Assembly (NCBI RefSeq): GCF_009914755.1
Contig: NC_060934.1
DNA length: 64,000 nucleotides
Origin: the human T2T-CHM13v2.0 reference genome, Homo sapiens
Strand: one strand, 5' to 3'
The translations under genes and the position numbers were made by a program. Positions 43,519 through 56,768 of the stretch are shown in pieces. Below the pieces are notes generated by a model. The model did no database searches. It was not told the origin of the DNA and saw only the letters and a program-made list of their open reading frames with translations. Numbering within the stretch: position 1 is the stretch's first letter; every line of letters begins with the position of its first letter.

Positions 43519-44270
43519 CACACATATATATACTCACCACATTTTCTTTATCCACTCATCATTGCTTTTGGGGTCTTAGTCATAAATTCTTTGCCTAGGC
43601 CAATGCCCAGAAGAATTTTATGTAGGTTTTCTTCTAGAATTTTTATGGTTTCAGGTCTTAGATTTAAGTCTTTAATTCATCTTGAGTCAATTTTTGTACA
43701 TTGTGAGAGATAGGGATCCAGTTTCATTCTCTACATGTGGCTATCAAATTTTCCCAGCATCATTTAATGAATTGGATGTCATTTTCCCAATTTATGTTTT
43801 TGTATGCTTCATCAAAGATCATTTGGCTGAAGTATTTGGCTTTATTTTTGGGTTCTCTATTCTGTTCCATTAGTCTATGTATTTACTTTTATACCAGTAC
43901 CATACTTTTGGCATCTTCGTCATGAAATCTTTGCCTGATCCTATGTCCAGAATGGCATTGCCTAGGTTGTCTTCCAGGGTTTTTATACTTTGGGATTTTA
44001 CATTTAAGTCTTTAATCCATCTTGAGTTAATTTTTGTATAAGGTTTAAGGAAGGGGTCCAGTTTCAATCTTCTGCATATGGCTAGCCAGTTATCCCAGCA
44101 CCATTTATTGAACAGGGAGTCTTTTCCCTATTGCTTGTTTTTGTCAGGTTTGTCAAAGATCAGATGGTTGTAGATGTGCAGCCTTATTTCTGGGCCCTCT
44201 GTTCTGTTTCATTGGTCGGTGTGTCTGTTTTTGTACCAGTACCATGCTGTTTTGGTTACTGTAGCCTTGT
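43010..44270 (-). mobile_element. Composite L1PB/L1MA 3' end plus two internal L1 fragments, with a TA/CA microsatellite at 43378-43535
   Basis: L1 3' UTR at 43010-43560, then the same ORF2 interval twice (43563-43903 and 43904-44270). Confidence 0.8.
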
Positions 44271-44685
44271 ATCATATCTTGAAAGTCTTTCCGTATCAGC
44301 ACATCCAAATCAATCAAATTATTTTTAAGTCCTTTATATTTAGATCTATCATAGCTTATGAGCCTCTGTTAAATAGGCCCTTTGGTTGTTTCCCGTTTTT
44401 TCTATGTAACAAACAATGTTGCAACAAAGATTATTGAAATCAAGAGATATTTTATGACTCCATCTTAGTTTCCATTAGCTTAAAGATGAGTCTTCTGCCT
44501 AAAATGGACTTGCTGTTATTTCCTCCATGATACTAAGTTAATTTTGTTGTGGTTTACAAATTGGCCTCTCATTTAAAACTGACTGATTTTTTGAAGAACC
44601 ATAGGCATATTAAGTATATACATTTTTTTTGTATGCCAAAATACAAAATTCCAGTGAACTGGAACTTTTTGAATGTCTCCATTAA

Positions 44686-44868
44686 GACTTCTTAAAGTGT
44701 GGTCTCTGGGCTAGCAGCATGGGCATCGCCTGGGAACTTCTAAGAAATGCAGTTTCTTAGGCCGCAACCCCAGAACTACTGAATCAGAAGCTCTGGGTTC
44801 AGGTCCAGAAATCTGTTTTAGTAAGTTGTCTGAGCGATTCTGTTGCTAGCTAAAGTTGGAGAACCATT
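44686..44868. mobile_element. MER5A
   Basis: aaagtgtggtc...agcagcatgggcatcgcctgggaact...agaaatgca...ctactgaatcagaagctctggg...aaagttggagaacca. Confidence 0.85.
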
Positions 44869-45074
44869 ATCTATATTTATACTGCTCTAAGTTGAGAATG
44901 TCACAGCATCATTCTATAAAAACAATAGGTAGGTAGATTTATATACTATTTTCCATTTTCATTGTTTATATTATTCATACATTCTGTTTTCCATGATATC
45001 ATATACAATAAAAATTATATCAACTGGAGTAAAATTAAACTTTTTTTCAATTAACACATAACTTTTCTTTAAAG

Positions 45075-45121
45075 TGTTACATGCTGCTGCCCGAAAATCT
45101 GTACCACACCCATACTTTTGA
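45075..45121 (+). CDS. CCDC7: CCDC7 last coding segment (VLHAAARKSVPHPYF-stop)
   Basis: cttttctttaaag acceptor in phase with exon 23138-23227; TGA at 45119-45121; matches the recalled C-terminus. Confidence 0.85.
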
Positions 45122-45391
45122 GAATGAAGGAAATTCTGAGCAAGATAAGCAACATGACAAATTCAGAAATGCAGGAAAGGAAATTGCAAGTATAGAAGCC
45201 TTTTGAAAATAATACTGACTCGTGTGGATGGTGCTTATTGAAAAACAGCTGGAAATACAGTGGATCAACAGGGTAGGCCCAGATCACAGAAGGCCTGACC
45301 AGGCAGTGGTGAGTTTGAAAGTTTCAAATTACTTTATTACTTTTCTTTTCAATTTTAAAGAAGTTATGCAATTATCTTTTAAATCACAAAT

Positions 45392-45397
45392 AATAAA
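45392..45397 (+). terminator. Candidate proximal polyadenylation signal AATAAA for CCDC7
   Basis: First AATAAA after the stop codon; the region is AT-rich so specificity is low. Confidence 0.35.
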
Positions 45398-46466
45398 AAT
45401 ATTCACCCTATTCAAAATATTAATTTTTTGAACAATGCATAACCAACTTAGAAAAAGGAAAAGATGTAAAAAATATATGACAATAACCTGATATGTGTTA
45501 AGCATACTCTGTAGAATTTGTAATGGCACAAAATACAACTGCTAATAATTTTAAAGATGTGATTCTTACCAATCAAATGTTTTATAACACTGAAATAGTA
45601 TTTGTAACTGCGTTTTTACTGTCCCCTGAAGAGCATAAATATTATTGGCTATAAAATTGTCCTAAACCCAATCTGGGTTATCACTGACATAAATATTTAG
45701 ACTTGCAGAATATTCTTTTATGCCTTAAATTTTCCTATTTTTCCCCAGCAAGAATCAGAGGAATGAGCAGTAATATTAATCTAAATATTCTGGAGTTATG
45801 TTTCTGCCAAAAAATAATAAAGAAAATTGGATTTCTACTCAAACAAAATAAAGTGAAATAAAATGACTGAAATAGTTTCCATCCTTTATAATCTCCCATT
45901 GTAAAGATATTATTTACATTTTATATAGTAATGAAAAATGAACAATTTATATGGTTAGAAAAACTCATGAATTCAGCATAATGAAACTGTCAAGAGAAAA
46001 TAAATGGAGAAATTATTCCCTAGTGATCAATTATTCTCTAAAACTGTGAAAGATCCCAAAGGTAACATAAATGTGAACTATATTAATAACTCTGGTGAGG
46101 GTTTTGGAGAGAATATATGCAGAAATGAATAGCAGAATTGTTATTGCAAGTTGCCGATAATTGGGTTGTGAATAAAGTGGATTTTATGTTTCTTTCTATA
46201 ATTATTTTTATAGTTTTAGTGTAGTATGGAAGACTACCTGCAATGGATGGTGATTGTTAGGGTTATCTAAACTAGATCCAATCCAGCTTCTCAGTTTGCC
46301 CCTATGAACTACCTGGATAACAATGCCAGCTCTATCTTAATTCCCATTAGTTAAGTCTGGGATTCAGCAGGCTTTTCTATAAAACATGGAGGAAGTTTTA
46401 TTTTCACTGAAGCTCTGCCTTTATAGAATACTTATTTGATTAAATGAGGTAATGCATTTTCTAAAT

Positions 46467-46606
46467 CAGTACTTTTCAAGCCTAAATACAAAATAGAACT
46501 CACCTGGGGCTTTTAAAGCCTACCAGTTTTCTGCCTTGCATCCCCAGACCAATTAAACCAGATTCTCTGTGTGATTCTAATACGCAGCCAGAGTTGAGAA
46601 CCATGG
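46467..46606. mobile_element. MER5A1-like fragment
   Basis: tcacctggggctttt...ccccagaccaattaaaccaga...gtgattctaatacgcagccagagttgagaacca. Confidence 0.75.
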
Positions 46607-46807
46607 AGCTTATTGTTTGAAGAGGATACAAGGGAAATAAACTAATGCCCAAGCCCATATGCAAATGGTTGCAGTTGATTTTTTTTTTTTTAATCCAGGT
46701 CCTGTAGCTACTGGCAGAGGAGACCCAGTTAATAGATTCAAGCTATCTTGGCTTCATTTAAATGGTCCTCCTCCTAGACCATCTTTTTCATGGCAATTAT
46801 GACTCCT

Positions 46808-47013
46808 CAGCACTTTTCAGTAGAATGTTTTGTGATATAAAAATATTCCACACCTGTGCCCTACAGTATGGGAGGTATGACTCATATGTGGCTCTTGGGC
46901 TCTTTATATGTGGGTAGTGTGACTGGGAATCTAGATTTTTAATTTTACATACATTTGATTAGTTTAAACATGAATAATCCTATGTGGCTTGTGGCTCCCA
47001 TATTGAACTGTGC
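46808..47013. mobile_element. MER3-like hAT element
   Basis: tagaatgttttgtgat...catatgtggct...atgtgggtagtgtgactg...atgtggcttgtggctcccatattgaac. Confidence 0.7.
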
Positions 47014-47787
47014 AACTCCAGAATTACCAATGATCCAATAGCCACCAGGACCTGGGAAGGCAGTGAGCTATTCAGAGGGATATACAGAAAATATTTCTGC
47101 TTGAATATGAACCAGTCATTAGACTGGTTCAACTAAAAATAGCTCCTTGGAGAAGTAGGACCAGGAATAGTCTTTCAACTGAGCTTTGGGGTAAAATGTA
47201 ATACTTTTTCAGGATAGCAGGATAACCCTTAATATTGAGCAGGGGATGCCAGTTTTAACCAATGACTCTAATTAGCTCAAATTAGGCCAGAATCAGGGCA
47301 AATGTGAATAGGGTCTAGGGTCTTTGAAAGACTTTGGCTGCCATCAAAGGTAAGGCTACTCCCAGATTATGAGGTAGTCAGATCTAAGAATGAATACTCA
47401 GTGAACCCTGGAAATTCAAAAATTCCTTTGGTTCTATTGTGAGAAACTCAATAGCTGACAACTTGCTGGAGATCATATGAATGCTTTAAATAAACTGAAT
47501 GACAACAGGGAGTATTTCTCTAGTCTTTTGAATGTGTTTTTCTTTTGATTGATCTAATGATGGTGCTGCTAAAGACAAATCTGAACTGCTGAAGCCAAAT
47601 ATAAATGGGAAGTCTGTTTTGGTATATAAATTAGGATATTCATCAACAAATGCTGTCCAGAAAGAAAGCAGTGGAAGAATAATATTTTATTCATAAAATG
47701 TATGGGGCCATTCATGCTGTTCAGGCCATTCAAATTGGCAAGGGGCCTTCTAGTACACCATTCTTTACTTGTCACTATCTCTAATTT

Positions 47788-49665
47788 TTTTTTTATTTAA
47801 GTTCTGAGATACATGTGTAGGATGTACAGGTTTGTTACATAGTTAAACGTGTGCCATCGTGGTTTGCTGCACCCATCAACCTTATCTTCATCCTTATCCT
47901 TTTTTAAAAAAATTTTGATTATCATCTAAGTTTAATATAAATATATATGTTTGAAAGAGTAATAAAAAAGGAAGAACTGAATTGCATCCATAGCAGGACA
48001 AGTTTCCTCATACGTTAAAGAGGTGTTCAGAAAATTCCATACAGTATCTGCTAAATAAACATGTTTTGCAGCTTAGCAAAGATTATATGATAGCAGCATC
48101 CATGATTTGAAGTAAAACAGCATTTGCTTTCTTCTGCTGGAGGTCGTTGCTCGGGGCGATGTGCATGTTCTTAGACCTACAGCCTTAAGGAAGGGCTTGG
48201 GGGTGGCTCAGTGCATGGCCCCAGTGCAGACACTTCCAAACCCCAAACAATGAATCAACCAACCAAACACACAAACATCAAACAATTGTCTCCTTTGAGT
48301 TCCTCTTGACCGAATGGAGGCTCAGCAAGGACTGCTGTAGAAGGTACATTAACAGATTTTGGAATGAGGAAAATACCTTAATACCTAGGTATTAAGCCTC
48401 GCATGCATTAGCTATTTTTCCTGATGCTCTCCCTCCCCCAACCCACAATAGGCCCCACTGTGTGTTGTTCCCCTCCCTGTGTCCATGCATTCTCATTGTT
48501 CAGCTCTCACTTATAAGTGAGAACCTGTGGTGATTGGTTTTCTGTTCCTGCATTAGTTTGCTGAGTATAATGACTTCCAGCTCCAACCATGTCCCTGCAA
48601 ACGACATGATCTCATTCCTTTTTATGGCTACATAGTATTCCATGGTGTATATGTACATTTTCTTTATCCAGTCTACCACTGATGGGCATTTGGGTTGATT
48701 CCATGTCTTTGCTATTATAAATAATGCTGAAATGAACATACATTTGCATATATATTTATAATAGAATGATTTACATTCCTTTGGGTATATACCCAGTAAT
48801 GGGATTGCTGGGTCAAATGGTATTTCTGGTTCTAGATCTTTGAGGAATGGCCACACTGTCTTCCACAATGGTTGAACTAGTTTACACTCCCACCAGCAGT
48901 GTAAAAGTGTTCCTATTTCTCCATAGCATCGCCAGCATCTGTTGTTTCTTGACTTTTTAATAATCGCCATTCTGACTGGTGTGAGATGGTATCTCATTGT
49001 GGCTTTGATTTGCATTTCTCTAATGATTAGTGATGTGGAGCTTTTCTTCATGTGTTTCTTGGCCACATAAATGTCTTCTTTCGAGAAGTGTCTGTTCATG
49101 TCTTTTGCCTGCTTTTTAATGGGGTTTTTTCTTTAAATTTGTTTAAGTTCCTTGTAGATTCTTTATGTTAGACCTTTGTCAGATGGATAGATGGCAAAAA
49201 TTTTCTCCCATTCTGTAGGTTGTCCGTTCACTCTGATAATAGTTTCTTTTGCTGTGCAGAAGCTCCTTAGTTTAATTAGATCCCATTTGTCAATTTTTCT
49301 TTTGTTGCAATTGCTTTTGACATTTTCATCATGAAATCTTTGCCCATGCCTATATCCTGAATGGTATTACCTAGATTTTCTTCTAGGATTTGTATAGTTT
49401 TGGGTTTTACATCTAAGTCTTTAATCCATCTTGAGTTAATTTTTGTATAAGGTGCAAGGAAGGAGTCCAGCTTCTGCATATGGCTAGCCAGTTATCACAG
49501 CACCATTTATTAGACAGGGCATCCTTTCCCTATTGCTTGTTTTTGTCAGGTTTGTTGAAGATCAGATGGCTGTAGATGTGTGGTCTTAGTTCTGAGCTCT
49601 CTATTCTGTTCCATTGGTCTATGTGTCTGTTTTTGTACCAATACCAACTGTTTTGGTTAAGGCTA
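47788..49665 (-). mobile_element. L1PA8-like 3' fragment split by a ~500-bp non-L1 insert
   Basis: L1 3' end at 47788-47882, resuming at about 48385; ORF2 C-terminal peptides; TSD cactatctctaattt (47773-47787) / cactatctgtaattt (49666-49680). Confidence 0.92.
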
Positions 49666-50797
49666 CACTATCTGTAATTTAAATCAAATTGTTAGTGTCC
49701 TAAACATTCAGGAGATCAGATATCAACAGAAGTGACTAGTAAGATAGTGTTACCATTTGATGCCACAGTACTTTTTTAGAGGCAAAAATCCCATTTTCTT
49801 TTTCAAGAAGAACATGTGATTACTTTTGGGGAGGGTTTGAGGAACTTCTTTTCTCCCTTCATAAGTTGGTGGCTAACATTTTGCACAGGGGCCATGATTC
49901 CAGGTGCAGAGACAAAAGGTATGTTCACTGGGGAGTTCCTAGGTACCAGTTGATTATAGAGTTATTGTTATGATGCAGGGGCAACTGCCTACTTCTGATT
50001 TTAAAAATGGTTCTCAGTGTGTTGTGTTCTTATCTATGTCAATGAGCACTGGGGTGGCAAATAAAATTAAATTTTAATAGGTTGTGGGCATTAATTATAA
50101 CTTATAGGATATAGGATATGAATTTTCAACAAAATTATTGAGCCATTGGGCCAAGGAATAAGTGGTGTTGATCACTAAAATTCAGGGAACTCATAACTTT
50201 TAACTGAGTGAGATCTTGGTGCATGAAGCCTGAAACTTTCATTTATCATTGTTTAAATCTAAAGGCAGGAACTCCCACTCAGAGTTTCACTGAGACAAAG
50301 ACTGAAGTCTCTGAATTCACAGATTCAAACTCAGAAAAGGCCTTTTGATTGCTGTCTTTTCCTAACCCTTTTATCACCTTCCTAGCCAGCCAGTCATGTA
50401 CCCAAATTGCAGATGGTAAGCTTACAGGCTGGGTGCTCATGGTCAACATTTCTTTACCCGCCCCCCACACCCCACAATTACAGGCATACTTTGCTTGCAA
50501 AGAGCACAGAATTCTCAAACCCTTCAGTTTGGGCAGAGGTCACAGTGGTAAAATGTATGTGTGGATACAATCTCGCCTGTGAGATCTCATCTTCTCATAG
50601 TTAAGTCTATCAGTTCAGAGCACACATTCATCATCGAGGATCACGACACAAGTTCATCTAACTTGCTTAAGGACATAAAGCTCATAAGCAACAGATAAAG
50701 GGTGGGTAACTAGATGATTGGACTCTACAGACAATGAGTTTAACCTCTAGCATATACTCCATCACAAGGACAAAGTCCATAAGAGCCAGTCTCATAA

Positions 50798-51205
50798 TGC
50801 TAAAGAAAAATTTTTGACACTTGATAAACATGGTAAGGAAGACTTTATTAAAGACCATTGCAATAGAAGAGGGAGATTCAACTCCAAGTACAGCAAGGAA
50901 AGCTAAGAATTTATAGACAAAGAGCAGAGTGAAGGGGTCAGCAGATGGAAAATTGTTAAGAGGAGATATCAAGTGTAGAGGGATTCTTGCTTAACCGGCC
51001 TAACAAGATTCTTCTTAGAGGCAGATTAAGGACTTAGACATTAACGGCGAGGGGTGAGAAACTTGGTTAGATATCAAGCATGAGAGATTCTCGCTAAACT
51101 GACTTAGTAGGATTTTTGCTTAAGGCAGGCCAAGGATGAGGCCTAGTTGAGAAGAGGGCGTAGAGAAGCCTAGCTAAAGTTTGAACACGGAGGGAGTCAT
51201 TGTCA
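50798..51205 (-). mobile_element. MER31-like solo LTR
   Basis: TG...CA termini; reverse complement starts tgacaatgactccctccgtgttcaaactttagctaggcttctct...tcttctcaactaggcctc. Confidence 0.75.
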
Positions 51206-51420
51206 ATGTTCAGCTAAAAAGAATATTTTAGGATTGAAAGATCATTGATTTTTGAAAAGAGCTCTAGATAATATTTTGAAAAATGCCTTTCAATTAGTGG
51301 AAGATACGCCTCAACATCAACACATGCACAAGACTGAACATTTCAGAAAGGTTTGTATGTGTGTATATTAGAAGTTGAATTAAATAAAAAAATTATAATT
51401 ACTTGTTGATTTATTTTCAG

Positions 51421-51600
51421 AATGTGTCTTTACCATATGGAACAATTTTGAACTTCTAAGATCAAGCCTTTTTGTTGCTGAGGGTAAGAAAGGAGCTCTG
51501 TGATGAGGTTCCAGCTTACTTCTATTCGCCAGTGTCCCTGTAATGCTTTCTGGTGTGATGTAAAATCAATTAAACAAAACTTGTGCTCTGCATGTTTTGA
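51421..51600 (+). other. CCDC7: Probable untranslated terminal exon of CCDC7
   Basis: Acceptor ttgatttattttcag at 51420, ATTAAA at 51569-51574, and a strong donor GTG|gtgagt at 45309 downstream of the stop codon. Pairing of the two sites is inferred. Confidence 0.45.
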
Positions 51601-54344
51601 AAATGTATGGTTCTTTAAGTGTCGTATTATTTGCAAGTCTATTCTGTATGATCCTCTAATAGAGAAAAGTCACCTCCATACATTTCTTACACTTCCAGTT
51701 AAAGGAATTTAATTTAAAAAAGAGAGTATCTTGCTTTACCTTTTTTCATATTAAAACTAGAAATGTGTGGAAGAGATCAGAACAAAGTATTTATTTATAT
51801 AACATTTATTAAACCTAGTGAGGCTACAAAGCGATTTACCAGATTTAGTGAACTATGAAAGATATTGTTTATAAACTCAAAGAACTTATGCTGTGTGGGA
51901 ATGTTTTCCTGAAAATTAAGTTTAATTGATACTAGTTAAAATGATAATTACTTCACTGACACTAGTTAAGAGGAACATTGAAAAGTATTATGTGAAAAAT
52001 TTCTTGTAAATATTAAATGTTAGGAATCCAGTATCTTCATATTGTCTTATTTTCTCTTTTGGCCCTGAGACTGATGAATTTTCATTATAGTCACCATCAT
52101 CTCTAATCATATGCCTCTTTTTATGTGACAATTTGTCTTACTTTTTGGAATTTGTATCAGCTTCTAATATTTCTGAATAGCATTAACATTTTGGTTTCTT
52201 ATTTACTTGATAACCCAAATGAATACGACAAAATGAAAGAATAGTATTATATATTTATATTAGATCTTATTCAGAATCCAAAAATTATCACACCATTTCA
52301 AAGCCTGCTTATATTGGTAGGCTACTGCTTCAGTGAAAAAAAAATCAGTAAGTATTTCAGTTTTTGTGTTTAATAGTTTAACTGTTTCACATGTTATTAG
52401 AGGAGCTCAGTATATTAGAGGAGCTCAGACAGTAGTTGTGGATCCCACAGATAGATTCGAATTGGGTTCTTTGTCATATCCGTGGTGCCTCTCAGTAGTA
52501 CACAGACACATTTTAAAGAAAAACAGATATATTCTCCATCAGGATAGTAAGTTAGTCTTGAAAAATGACAGGCTTTAATTTGAGACTTAAGTAAAGGATA
52601 ACAGTTTATCCCATTTCACCCACCTCTGTTCTGTATATTTCTTTAAGCAACTCTAGAGCTCAGAGTTTACATTATAACAAATCATATATGATGTGTAATT
52701 TTCTACTTCCTGTAGGATTCTTGTCACAACTTAATATTTGAAAGATGATCATTCAGCCTCTACTTAATTATATATCTGGTTACAGAGATCTTACTCTCTC
52801 AATTGTAGGAAGTCTCTCACTGTTAGAAATGGTTCATAACATTGGGGTTAATTCTGCCATCGTATAAGTTATACCCATTGATGAAGCTAGAATGAAACTT
52901 TAAAAATATTTTAAAGGAGATTAAATGAGATAATAAAAGTGTAGCCTGGCACCAAAAACATTATCTGTTTATTTTCAACAGATCCATTGAAAATGCTTTA
53001 TGAGAATGATCTCTATGGCTGTGAAGATTAAATAGTATATTTGAAAGTGGTGTTGCTGAGTGGGATCATTAAGGAAAGTTCTACTCAGACTCAAAGACAG
53101 AATAGGGATACATTATATCTTATTCCATTATAGAATATATTCCTAATATTATATCAATACTCTGCTTAATTAAGAATAATCCTCAAATGTTTTAACAACA
53201 TAATATTGACTGCAAAACTGAAATCACATGAGAAACTAATATTCAAGACAAAAACCCTCTATGTAAACACTGAATTCTAGTAATTAAATTTGTTTCTTGT
53301 AGGAGTACAGGTTAACAATTCTGAAAACACTTTATGTATATACTGAGGCTGAATTAATAAGTAAAGGTATGATGAAGAGTGGGAGCTGGGTTTTACATGT
53401 TTGGAGTGTGAAATAGGTATAGATAAGCAAGATGGAAAGCCTGGATTGAGCCCCAAAGTAATAGGCATATGGAAAGTCTTTGAACTATTTTAGCAACTTG
53501 TCTGTAAATTTAAACTAATCGACCACAGAGCATTTGCAGAGCAAAATGAGAAGATGAATAAGAAGCCCTAAATTTTAGATGTGGACAGAAGAACAGCTTC
53601 TGTTTTGAGGCTATATGTTGGATTTTATAATTTAACCATTGTACTGCCAGGTTAGGTTTTCTATTTCCAAAGTGGGTAGAACATACTGTATTTGTCTCCT
53701 CGGGGAAGGAAAATTAAGCTTAAAGGTCTTGGAAAAAGCATTATTATAACCACCAGTTAGAAGATCAATTGGAGAGTAATTGTAAAAGTGCCATGAAGAT
53801 ATGAGGCATGTAAGAAGCAACATAAAAAGGGTGGCCAAACAGCAGTTTTAAAACAAAACTGAATTTACTGCTTACTGGCAAAGGAAGAATGCACCACACA
53901 GATGTAAGTTCAGAAAGTTGTTCAAAGCAGAAATTAAAGGGGTTAAAAGATATATAGAGAAAAACACCAAATAGGGCACGGTCCTGATTAATGGATGTGG
54001 ATTATGAGCTGGGTTGTAAACTCTTATTTGTATCTGGTTACCTTTAGAGTTAGCATCACTAGTATGGAGAAACAAGGTTTCAAATAGGTCTGGAAAGAAG
54101 AGAGAAAATTTTCAGAGAGCCTAGGGTCATGCTTGTATACCCTTGCTCAAAGATTTCCAAGATTTTAACTTAACAGGTGTCATTATCATGTACAGTCTTA
54201 CTTAGAAGCAAGAAATAAAGCTAAGGAATTTATAGAGGTACCTTCCATTGATAAGATTTAAGGGAAAACTGGTAGTATTTGATAATAAACACTTCATACA
54301 CAGTTACAAGATTTACATTAGTTTTGAGGAATGACATAAAAAAG

Positions 54345-55525
54345 ATGGACGACTAGGAAGCTTCAGCCCTTGTTCCTAATGGAAACGTTAAATATATACA
54401 TAGGAAATTTTATGGCATTTTCACTTGCTCTTGCCCCACCAGTGAGGCATGAGGCAGTTAGGAGTAAGCAGCCCAATTCCCAGTTTTCTCCCTCAAACCA
54501 GAAGAAGCAGAATAGAGAATATTTGCCACATTCAAAGCTATTTGTGGGCACCCAGAGGGACTGGTTTCTGTCTTGCCAGACTCAAGGCTCAGTGTGGATC
54601 TTAAGCTGTAGAAACAGTGGAAGGCAGTGGTAGGCACCATGCCACATGGAAACTGCAGGGGGAAAGCAGATATATGTATGTCTAGGCACAGAAATTATGG
54701 GCAGAAGGATATAATAGAACATGTGAGGCCCAAAAAGCAGCTGGGGTGAGACTCTTTGGAAAATTAAGACATCTAAGCAGCCGTCTATATGAGAGAAATT
54801 GGGGAGGAAAAGGCACACTAAGGCCCTGGAAGGACACATTCCCAGAAAATACCCATGAAGACAAGCTGATCCTAAAACTCAAGGGCCTGCTGATTAGTGA
54901 AGATCTTTTACACCGATCTGCAAAGACTGAGAGAGGTGTTTGTTTTCTCACATGCCCAGTTTTCAAATGAATACCACAAAGGATTAAAAACACAAAACAA
55001 AACAAAAACAAACAAACAAAAAAACTATGATCCCTTCAAAGGAATGAAGTAAATCCCTACTGGCTTTCAGCATTTGGCTCACTAGATGAAGACATTAGAG
55101 GAACTATCTGAAATATGCTCAAAGACCTAAAGTAAAACACAAAGAACTGACAAAAATTGGGAAAATGACATATGAACAAAATGCATCATCAATGAGACAG
55201 AAATTATTTAAAAGAATGAAATAAAGATTCTGTGAAGATGGAGAAGTAGGAAATACCAGAAATCCATCTCTCCACCTACACAGCAATTGTACTGGAAGAA
55301 AGTATCTGATGTTACTGTTTTTAACTTTGGAGTCGATTAGAAGGCTTTCAATTTCTAGGGGTCTACTTGAGGGGGGAGGGTGGGAGGAGGGAGAGGGGCA
55401 GAAAAAATAACTATCGGGTACTAAGATTAATACCTGGGTGATGAAACAAACCCACATGTTACCTGTTTACCTATGTCACAAAACTTCACCTGTACCCCCA
55501 AACCTAAAATAAACATTAAAAAAAA
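54345..55525 (+). mobile_element. Old L1 5'/ORF1 remnants followed by a short L1PA 3' end (55360-55525)
   Basis: gagaggtgtttgttttctcacatgcccagttttcaa and gaaaaaataactatcgggtactaagattaatacctgggtgatgaaa motifs. Confidence 0.6.
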
Positions 55526-55534
55526 AATCTCTTC

Positions 55535-55937
<403 letters not shown>

Positions 55938-56005
55938 TTAACTTACGACTTAGAACTGTTGGGAATAAAACTCCAGAAAAAAGTTGCTATTGAGTACTGA
56001 ATGTC

Positions 56006-56011
56006 TTTATT
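56006..56011 (-). terminator. Candidate AATAAA for the retrocopy transcript
   Basis: tttatt on the + strand, about 500 nt past the second ORF stop. Confidence 0.4.
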
Positions 56012-56768
56012 GATAAACTAAATATATATTTAAAGCATAATACGATAATTATGTAGAGGATAAAATATAAATTGTTCACTTAGGAGATTAATACATAAAT
56101 CATATTTACAGACCATTGACTTGAGAAATACAGTTCGATGACATTTCAATTTGAGCAAAAGATGAGGTGCTCAAGTATGGCATTCTGTCTCATTAAGACA
56201 GAATTCAAACTTTCTGCAAAGAAAAAGTCCCTCATTTCTTGGTGTGCTCCAGGACCTCCATATTCTTTAGATTTGGAGGCACCGCCCATTGAGGAGCTGG
56301 CTGCAGTGTCAGCGTGAGAAGGAGGAGGAACTCCAGGCCAGGGGCGGGGTACTCCAGATCCACTGGCCTCAAGGACCCCTCAGATGGAGTCAGTGTGGGA
56401 GCACAGAGCCTGGCAGCTCGGGAGGCCTGGGTGGAGGGGAAAAGAACAGTGCTGCTCTAAGACCCAGCCCCCTCGTGGGGGAGAGAGCAGCAGGGCTTGG
56501 CTCTCAGCTGCATGGCAGGTGTGGAAAAGCTCCTTGTGACGGGGTGGCTCTCATGGCCTCTCCCAGGGCCTCCAGCGTTGTTAGCATCTCTACCAGCTCC
56601 TCTTGTTGCCTGGAGAGTCTGGAGGATGTCTCTTCTTTCAGTTCTTGAACGAGGGTGGTAAATTTCTCCATCAGCATCTCGTTGGTGCTATTCACCTTCT
56701 TGTAGGCATCTACAAAGCCGGGGGTGTTGAAAGACTTTTTCTGTACCCTGACATCTTTTAAAGATGCC

